From Methanomicrobiales archaeon (GTDB lineage Archaea > Halobacteriota > Methanomicrobia > Methanomicrobiales > JACTUA01), in the NCBI GenBank assembly GCA_030019205.1, contig JASEFH010000006.1, forward strand, positions 22,536 to 86,535: a DNA stretch of 64,000 bases, written 5' to 3'. A program made the position numbers and the translations under genes. Under the pieces are notes generated by a model. The model was not told where the DNA came from, ran no database searches, and was given only the letters and a program-made list of their open reading frames with translations. Shown here piece by piece: positions 58,067 to 64,000 of the stretch. How positions within the stretch are numbered: position 1 is the first letter of the stretch; each line of letters begins with the position of its first letter.

Positions 58067-60011
58067 TGCGCCGCGCCTCCTTCTCCCGCTCGCTGCGGTA
58101 CTCCTTGAAGATGTAGTCGAGCATCGCCGTCTTCTTCTCGCGTTCGCGCCTCTTCTGGTGCTCCTCCCACTCGTGCAGCGCACCCGAGAGCCGCGTTCTG
58201 TCGACGATCCCCACCTTTCCCCGGATCTGGGTTTCAAGAGAGCGATCGTTCAGCAGAGGCACCTGGAACTCCTGGAATACGGCGCACAGCTGGGGATCCG
58301 TCTGCTGCAGGGAGGCGTCCCCCACGATCAGCGCCTGGATGCCGGCGTCGGACAGCTCCTTCACCGCGCTCCTTCCCCAGCCGTCCGTTCTGGACACGAA
58401 CAGGACATCGCCGTCCTGGATGCCGAGTTCCGCGGCGAGCTGGCGGATGCCGTCCCGGGTGAGCGAGGGGAGCACCTTCACCGCCACCGAATCGCTGTCC
58501 CGCCGGATCTCGGCCACCTCCTTCATCCGTGCGAGACGTTTCCGCAGGCTTCGGTTGTGCTTCTCCTCCTGCCGCAGCCGGGTCTTCAGGCCCTGGACGA
58601 TCGCGTCCTGCCGTTCGAGCTCCTCGTCCCTTCTCCGCTTCCGGGCGGCCGCGGATCGCTCCCGCCGGATCTGCTTCCGCAGCCGTGCGATCTCCGCATC
58701 CTTCTGCTGCAGCTCCTCCTGCAGCTCCTGCACGAACCCCCGCAGGCGCTTCACCATACCGTCGAGGAGGATCAGCCGCTCGTCCGTCTTCTGCTCGGCG
58801 ACGACGGGCGGCGCCTTCTCCTCCGGCCGAGCTGCAGATTCGCCCATATCCCCGAGCACCTGATCGATGGACTGGCCCCGGATCACGCCGGCCCGCACCT
58901 CGTCCAGATCGTAGCCCGGAGGCACCCTCTTCACCACGTTCTGGAACTTGTTCTTGTACTGGCGGTAGGCGTCGACGGCGGCGGCGAGGGCGTCCCGCTC
59001 GTGGATGTTGCCGTAGGCGTATCCCGCCGTGAACTCGAGCTTGTCTTCGACGCTCCTGTCCTGCCGCGGCGTGTAGCCCACGGCGTTGAAGGCGCGGCGG
59101 ATCTTCTCCACGGAGAACGGCATCGGATGCACGTCCGATGCCACCACGAGGGGTTTCCCGATGCGGTAGAGCCGCTCGACGATCTCCGACATCCCCGTCT
59201 GCCGCGAGCTGTGCAGGTGAACCAGGTTGCCGTCGAGATCGAGAGCCGCGATCGCCGTGGTGGTGCCGGGATCCATCCCCACGATCAGGTAGCGGGGCTT
59301 CCCGTTCATCGCCCGGTACAGGATGCGGTTGAGGCGTTTTCCGCGGATGCGGACCTGCACGTCCGTGCCGCGGCAGGTATGGACCGGAATCGCCTCGCGG
59401 GGGGCGTATACCTGGAACGTCACGCGGCTGGAGCCCCCGAAGGCCTTCGCCTCCTTCTTCTCGTACTTGAGGGCGGCAGCGACCAGCTGCGTCTCGACCT
59501 CCCGTGCCTTCTGCTGCACCGCCCCGTGGATCTTTCGGACGTAGCGGTTCTGGCTCCAGCCGCCCTTTCCGATGGAGCGGTGGCGGCTCACCGCGATCTC
59601 GCTCACGTTCTCGAAGGCGATGACTTCGCAGCCCCCTCCCCGGGAGGCGATCTGCGCGGCGGCCCGGGCCTCCGCATACGGATCGAAGCGGTTGAAGCGG
59701 ATGTTGTAGCGGGCGGCGACTTTGCCCAGCGACTCCAGCCGCTCTCCGCCGGTCACCTGCACCAGCCGCGTGGGCGGAGGGAGGGTCTCCATGAACGCCA
59801 CCAGCGCATTCTGGTCCCCGGCGATCTCCTGAATGCTGTCCACCGCGAGAATGTCCGGCTTCTCCGCGGAGAGCATGCGCTGGAGGCGGAAGAGCGTGAC
59901 CGCCTCTTCGCCCACGATCTCCCCGTCCTCCATGCGCACGAGGGCGTACTGGGGGCGGCGGGAGTGGGACCGCACCGAACCCCGAATCACGTCGATGCCG
60001 AATACCTTCAC
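58059..60011 (-). CDS. DUF460 (COG2433) protein: RNase H/RuvC-like domains plus a coiled coil
   Basis: ORF 58059..60776 trimmed to GTG 60011, which overlaps the rio2 stop (GTGA). The sequence runs VKVFGIDVIRGSVRSHSRRPQYALV..., YLIVGMDPGTTTAIAALDLDGN... The central region is charged (ELQEELQQKDAEIARLRKQIRRERSAAARKRRRDEELERQ). Confidence 0.75.
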   Translation of the reverse strand: MKVFGIDVIRGSVRSHSRRPQYALVRMEDGEIVGEEAVTLFRLQRMLSAEKPDILAVDSIQEIAGDQNALVAFMETLPPPTRLVQVTGGERLESLGKVAARYNIRFNRFDPYAEARAAAQIASRGGGCEVIAFENVSEIAVSRHRSIGKGGWSQNRYVRKIHGAVQQKAREVETQLVAAALKYEKKEAKAFGGSSRVTFQVYAPREAIPVHTCRGTDVQVRIRGKRLNRILYRAMNGKPRYLIVGMDPGTTTAIAALDLDGNLVHLHSSRQTGMSEIVERLYRIGKPLVVASDVHPMPFSVEKIRRAFNAVGYTPRQDRSVEDKLEFTAGYAYGNIHERDALAAAVDAYRQYKNKFQNVVKRVPPGYDLDEVRAGVIRGQSIDQVLGDMGESAARPEEKAPPVVAEQKTDERLILLDGMVKRLRGFVQELQEELQQKDAEIARLRKQIRRERSAAARKRRRDEELERQDAIVQGLKTRLRQEEKHNRSLRKRLARMKEVAEIRRDSDSVAVKVLPSLTRDGIRQLAAELGIQDGDVLFVSRTDGWGRSAVKELSDAGIQALIVGDASLQQTDPQLCAVFQEFQVPLLNDRSLETQIRGKVGIVDRTRLSGALHEWEEHQKRREREKKTAMLDYIFKEYRSEREKEARRSG

Positions 60012-60865
60012 CCGATCACCTGCGCCATTGCATCCTGAAGAGACCACGCGATGCCGTACTTCCTCCCGAAGTATCCGAGGATGGTGCCCACGTCCTTCTC
60101 CAGCAGCGCCATCGCATTGGGGTGGGACACCTCCTCCCACTGCGGCCAGTCGATCAGCCAGTAATCCTCGCCGTCGACCATGACGTTGAACTCCGAGAGG
60201 TCGGCGTGGATCACGCCGCAGCGGTATGCCTCCCGCACCATGCCGAGGATCGTGGAGAGCGCCCGCTCCGGATCCTCGACGACGGAGCGGTTGAGGTTCG
60301 CCCCCCGGATCAGCGACATCGCCACCACGTGGCGGTTGCGGTCGATGGGCGCCGGCACGCGGATGCGGGGGTGAAGCCGCCTCAGGGCTTCGTACTCCCG
60401 TTCCGCGGATCGGGCGGAGGCGAAGATCCAGGGGCAGTGGCCCGACTCCGGCATGTAGCCCCGGGTCACCCGTGGGGAGAGAAACGATCGCTGCCCGACG
60501 CGGTGGAACTTCAGCACCACCACCCCGAGACCCATCGCCTCGTAGACGACGGACTCCTTCCCCTCCCCGATCTTGGAGCCGAGAGCACGGATCGTGTCGC
60601 GGCTCGCCAGGGCGTGCAGGGCGAGCGCATCGTACCCGCCGAAGACCAGGGCGTATCCGCCGTAGCCCACGTCCCCGCTCCGCACCATCCCCCGATCGAT
60701 CAGCCTCCCGAGGCGATACTGGAGCTCGGACTCGGAGAACCGCGTCACCCTCTTTATGTCGTCGACGGGCACCCACTGGTACTGCTTCATCAGCCGCTCG
60801 AGCGCGCGCAGGATACGGAGGTCGTAGGCGTGGAGAGCGCGAACGTCCTCGGCAGAAATTGGCAT
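60008..60865 (-). CDS. rio2: RIO-type serine/threonine kinase Rio2
   Basis: N-terminal wHTH (LRILRALERLMKQYQWVPVDDIKRVT...), then the kinase core (IGEGKESVVYEA, VVLKFHRVG, IHADLSEFNVMV). Confidence 0.9.
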   Translation of the reverse strand: MPISAEDVRALHAYDLRILRALERLMKQYQWVPVDDIKRVTRFSESELQYRLGRLIDRGMVRSGDVGYGGYALVFGGYDALALHALASRDTIRALGSKIGEGKESVVYEAMGLGVVVLKFHRVGQRSFLSPRVTRGYMPESGHCPWIFASARSAEREYEALRRLHPRIRVPAPIDRNRHVVAMSLIRGANLNRSVVEDPERALSTILGMVREAYRCGVIHADLSEFNVMVDGEDYWLIDWPQWEEVSHPNAMALLEKDVGTILGYFGRKYGIAWSLQDAMAQVIG

Positions 60866-60914
60866 CCGTTCATAGACTCTTTATGTAGACAGATGATAAA
60901 CTTGATCGGAACCT

Positions 60915-61805
60915 ATGAAGTGCGACAGGGACTCCCGCGACGCGGTCGTCTTCCAGCCCTACTCCGGCCAGCACCTCTGCGAGATGCACTTCGAAGCCGA
61001 CTTCGAGAGCAGGGCGAAACGGGAGATCCGCCGCCACCGCTGGATCGCTCCCGGGGATCGGATCGCGGTGGGCCTCTCGGGGGGGAAGGACAGCAGCGCA
61101 CTCCTCTACTTCCTCAACAAACTTCTCTCGGAGCGCCGCGACGTCAGCCTGTTCGCCGTCACCGTGGACGAGGGCATCTGCTCCTACCGCGATCCCGCGT
61201 GTGCACGGCGGATCGCCGAGTCCCTGTCGGTGGAGTGGACGTGCATCTCGTTCCGGGAGGAGTTCGGCACCACGCTCGACGAGATCGTGCGGACGCGGGG
61301 AGCGGAGCGGGCCTGCTCCTACTGCGGGGTGCTCCGGCGGCGCAGCCTGAATACGGCGGCGAAGGAGCACGGCGCCACCAAACTGGCGGTCGGATTCAAC
61401 CTGGACGACGAGGCGCAGACGGTGCTGATGAACGTGCTGCGGGGGGATGCCGGAAGGCTCACGCGGGCGGAGCAGCCGCATCCGGAGTTCGTCCCCCGGA
61501 TCAAGCCGTTTCGGGCCATACCGGAGAAGGAGGTGGCGCTCTACGCCCTCCTCCACCTGGAAGGATACGACATGCGGCGGTGCCCCTACGCGGAGAGCGG
61601 ACTCCGCACGGAGATCCGCGAGATGCTGAACGCCTTCACCTACCGCCACCCCTCGACCAAGCACTCGCTCCTGCGGCTGGGCGATGAACTCCGCCGGGGA
61701 GAACGGGAGGCGGAGGCGATCCGCATCTGCGAGCGCTGCGGGGAACCCTGCGGGATCGTCTGCAGGGCCTGCCGGATCCTGGACGAGGTGCGTCGGAGTG
61801 CCTAG
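60915..61805 (+). CDS. PP-loop tRNA 2-thiolation ATPase (Ncs6/TtuA family)
   Basis: N-terminal Cys pair (KCD...LCEMHF), PP-loop VGLSGGKDSS, CSYCGVLRR, and a C-terminal zinc ribbon CERCGEPCGIVCRAC. Confidence 0.85.
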   Translation: MKCDRDSRDAVVFQPYSGQHLCEMHFEADFESRAKREIRRHRWIAPGDRIAVGLSGGKDSSALLYFLNKLLSERRDVSLFAVTVDEGICSYRDPACARRIAESLSVEWTCISFREEFGTTLDEIVRTRGAERACSYCGVLRRRSLNTAAKEHGATKLAVGFNLDDEAQTVLMNVLRGDAGRLTRAEQPHPEFVPRIKPFRAIPEKEVALYALLHLEGYDMRRCPYAESGLRTEIREMLNAFTYRHPSTKHSLLRLGDELRRGEREAEAIRICERCGEPCGIVCRACRILDEVRRSA

Positions 61806-61827
61806 AGGACGGGTCTGGTGGAAGGTG

Positions 61828-63228
61828 ATGCTCACCCTCCGCCAGCGGAGGCTGGCCCTCTACTTCTCCCTTTTCATCGCCCAGATCGTCGTCTACACCA
61901 TCGTCTTCCATGCCATCTACCCCGTCCTGGAGGGGAAGGCGATCACCCTGCCCCAATCCCTGCTCTTCGTCATGGAGACCATCACGACGGTGGGTTACGG
62001 CGATCTGCTCCCCTTCTCGAGCCAGATCACCGTGATCTTCTCCATCCTGGTGATGGTGACGGGCATCCTGAACATTTTCATGTTCATCCCCCTGCTGCTG
62101 GAGCCCTACCTCACCGCCATCATCACCCCCACGCCGCCGCAGAGGCTGCCGGTCGCGCTGGAGGGGCACGTGATCCTGGTCGGTTTCGGGGAGCTCGCAC
62201 GGGAGGTCATCGAGAACCTGCAGATCTCGGATACGGAGATCGTCATCGTGGAAGAGAGCGAAGAGGCTGCACAGGAGGCCGTTCGAGAGTACCGGGATAC
62301 AGCGCATGTCGTATGGGGTTCGTACGCCGATCCCCGCACCTGGGAGCATGCAGGTGTGCGGAAGGCCGCAATAACCGTGGTGGGCGGGGATGAGAGGGTG
62401 TCCGCGAACGTGATCCTGGGCATCCGGGAGAGCGCCCGGGGGAGGATCCTTGCCGTGGTGGACGATCTGGCGTTCGACCGCTACCTGCGGTACGCTGGCG
62501 CCGACATCGTCCTCTCCCCGAAGAATTTCACGGGGAAGATACTCGCACGGCACGCGGCGATCGGATCCCGCATGGACGCCGTGTTCGACTCCCTCCATGC
62601 CCCCTTCTCGGTCGGAAACGGGCAGACCTCCCTGCTGAAACTGGTGAAGATACCGGTGAGCGCCGACTCGCGGGCGGCAGGAAAGACGATCCGGGAGCTG
62701 GCGCTCCTCGAGAGGTATGCCGTTTACATCCTCGCCTACTGGAAGAACGGCAGGTTCGTCGCGGATCCGGGAGTCGATGACCCCATCGACTCCACCACCA
62801 TGCTCTATGCCCTGGGAAGGATGGATGCCGTGGAGAGCCTGATTCGGGAAGAGTTCGCATCCGAGGTGCAGAAACAGCCGCTCGCGCTCATCGCCGGGTT
62901 CGGGGACGTGGGAAGGGCTGCCTATCAGGAACTGGCATCCGCCGGGGTCAGCTGCGTCGTGGTCGACAGGAAGAAGTACACGGTGAACGAGATCATCGGC
63001 AACGCCGAAGACGAAGAGATTCTGCGGATGGCGAACATCGAGGACGCACAGATCTGCGTCGTCGCCCTCAACGACGACACGGTCAACATCTTCACCACCC
63101 TGATGGCCAGGAACCTGAACCCATCCCTCCGCATCCTGGCGAGGGCCAACCAGCCGGTGTCGGTGGACAAACTCTACCGGGCCGGTGCGGACTACGTGGC
63201 GCTTCTCCCGGCGATCGGGGGGAGGTGA
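61828..63228 (+). CDS. 2TM K+ channel (TVGYGD filter) with tandem RCK domains, truncated by a frame break at a G6 run
   Basis: Two TM helices flank METITTVGYGDLLPF. Then come RCK_N (VILVGFGELAREV) plus RCK_C, and a second RCK_N (LIAGFGDVGRAAY...GADYVALLPAIGG) that ends abruptly at TGA 63226-63228. Confidence 0.85.
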   Translation: MLTLRQRRLALYFSLFIAQIVVYTIVFHAIYPVLEGKAITLPQSLLFVMETITTVGYGDLLPFSSQITVIFSILVMVTGILNIFMFIPLLLEPYLTAIITPTPPQRLPVALEGHVILVGFGELAREVIENLQISDTEIVIVEESEEAAQEAVREYRDTAHVVWGSYADPRTWEHAGVRKAAITVVGGDERVSANVILGIRESARGRILAVVDDLAFDRYLRYAGADIVLSPKNFTGKILARHAAIGSRMDAVFDSLHAPFSVGNGQTSLLKLVKIPVSADSRAAGKTIRELALLERYAVYILAYWKNGRFVADPGVDDPIDSTTMLYALGRMDAVESLIREEFASEVQKQPLALIAGFGDVGRAAYQELASAGVSCVVVDRKKYTVNEIIGNAEDEEILRMANIEDAQICVVALNDDTVNIFTTLMARNLNPSLRILARANQPVSVDKLYRAGADYVALLPAIGGR

Positions 63229-63491
63229 TCGCCAGCATCGCGCTCTCCGATCGGGTCGCCGTGCTCCTCGATCTCCCCGATCGGCGGAAGGTGATAGGAA
63301 AACAGGTCCAGCGTCACCTCCCGGCCTCCCTGGGGGAGGTGGAGCGGAGAAGCGGGGCAGTAGTGCTCGGGATCGAGCGGGAGGGGGAAGCCCTGGTCAG
63401 GCCGCCCTCCGACACCCGGATCGAGGCGGGGGACACCGTGATTGTACTGGGAAGGAACGAGACCCTGAAAAGATTCATCAGGATGTACTAG
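63225..63491 (+). CDS. RCK_C (TrkA-C) domain fragment, apparently the displaced C-terminus of the K+ channel gene
   Basis: (V)IASIALSDRVAVLLDLPDRRKVIGKQV...AVVLGIEREGEALVRPPSDTRIEAGDTVIVLG is a TrkA-C fold pattern. The frame is offset by one base relative to 61828..63228. Confidence 0.75.
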   Translation: MIASIALSDRVAVLLDLPDRRKVIGKQVQRHLPASLGEVERRSGAVVLGIEREGEALVRPPSDTRIEAGDTVIVLGRNETLKRFIRMY

Positions 63492-63502
63492 GAGGAGAAA
63501 CC

Positions 63503-64000
63503 ATGATCTGCGATATGCGTTGCCAGGCGGAGAGGATCGAGCAGATGATCCGCTATACCCTCTGGGATAGCGGCAAGAGGGGCATCGTGGTGGGTCTCTC
63601 CGGAGGAGTGGACTCCGCCGTGGCGGCGGCGCTCTCCGCCCGCGCCATCGGGGGCGAGAACGTGCTCGGGCTCCTGATGCCGAGCGCGGTGACCGCAGGA
63701 GAGGATCTGCAGGACGCCCGCGACCTCTGCCGGCAGCTCGGAATCGCCGGGAAGGAGATCCCGATCGAACCGATGCTGCAGCCGTTCCGGGCGGTCCCGG
63801 GCTTCTCGGATACACCCTACCTGGCGGGGAACCTGATGGCGCGGATCCGCATGGCGCTGCTCTACTACTTCGCGAACCGCGAAGAGCGTCTCGTCTGCGG
63901 CACGTCCAACAGGAGCGAGTACATGCTGGGCTACACCACCAAGTACGGGGACAGCGCCGCGGACTTCCAGCCCATCCTGCACCTCTACAAGACAGAGGTC
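63503..64000 (+). CDS. nadE: NH3-dependent NAD+ synthetase, N-terminal part (runs off the right edge)
   Basis: ATG 63503 is preceded by GGAGGAG. The sequence is MICDMRCQAERIEQMIRYTLWDSGKRGIVVGLSGGVDSAVAAAL (PP-loop SGGVDS) ...GTSNRSEYMLGYTTKYGD. Confidence 0.88.
   Translation, partial: MICDMRCQAERIEQMIRYTLWDSGKRGIVVGLSGGVDSAVAAALSARAIGGENVLGLLMPSAVTAGEDLQDARDLCRQLGIAGKEIPIEPMLQPFRAVPGFSDTPYLAGNLMARIRMALLYYFANREERLVCGTSNRSEYMLGYTTKYGDSAADFQPILHLYKTEV

Noticed and set aside
57858-60038. 726-aa plus-strand ORF opposite thiL/DUF460
   Set aside because: It is a shadow ORF. The minus strand carries recognisable ThiL and DUF460 sequence joined by coupled overlaps.

Overview
High-GC archaeal chromosome segment. 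Gene content and order suggest a Methanomicrobiales-type methanogen such as Methanoculleus, but that is inference only. I support about 60 protein genes, 3 tRNAs (Lys-CUU, His-GUG, Ala-CGC), and no rRNA, CRISPR array, transposase or integrase.

The core is housekeeping:
- the conserved archaeal cluster ftsZ-secE-spt5-L11-L1-L10(P0)-L12(P1), plus dtdA
- two tandem moeA genes, ileS, a Thg1-like tRNA-His guanylyltransferase, aIF5B, S6e, S8e
- hypF and hypB (unlinked), SRP19, Gar1-TFB, Rio2, ThiL, an Ncs6/TtuA-type tRNA thiolase, nadE (cut by the right edge)

Many neighbouring genes are coupled by ATGA, GTGA or TGATG stop/start overlaps. The long ORFs antisense to real genes in the track are GC-rich shadow ORFs.

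The unusual material is in the accessory stretches:
1. A surface-protein gene of about 1,790 codons (38514-43981, minus strand) has six tandem repeats of 210-227 aa and visibly lower GC. Its signal-peptide exon-like head is in a different frame from its body.
2. A 2TM K+ channel with tandem RCK domains is interrupted at a G6 run.
3. A family of roughly 100-bp intergenic repeats (CTATCGCA/TGCGATAG ends around G-tract/C-tract palindromes) occurs at about 7.5, 18.9 and 38.2 kb.
4. Three AT-rich islands (<20% GC by eye) sit upstream of each of the three clearly secreted-protein genes.
5. An AT-rich patch lies inside dtdA, upstream of ftsZ.
6. The tRNA-His gene lacks an encoded G-1, in the same window as a Thg1-like gene.
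7. One hypothetical protein carries a caspase/CHAT-like His-Gly...Ser-Cys signature.
8. One ABC-2 permease is fused to a PrsW-like intramembrane protease domain.
9. Two credible small ORFs fall below the track cutoff.
10. Several 0.4-0.9 kb GC-rich spacers have no credible ORF.

I found no complete, clearly novel multi-gene system. Product calls rest on motif recognition by eye, not on database searches.
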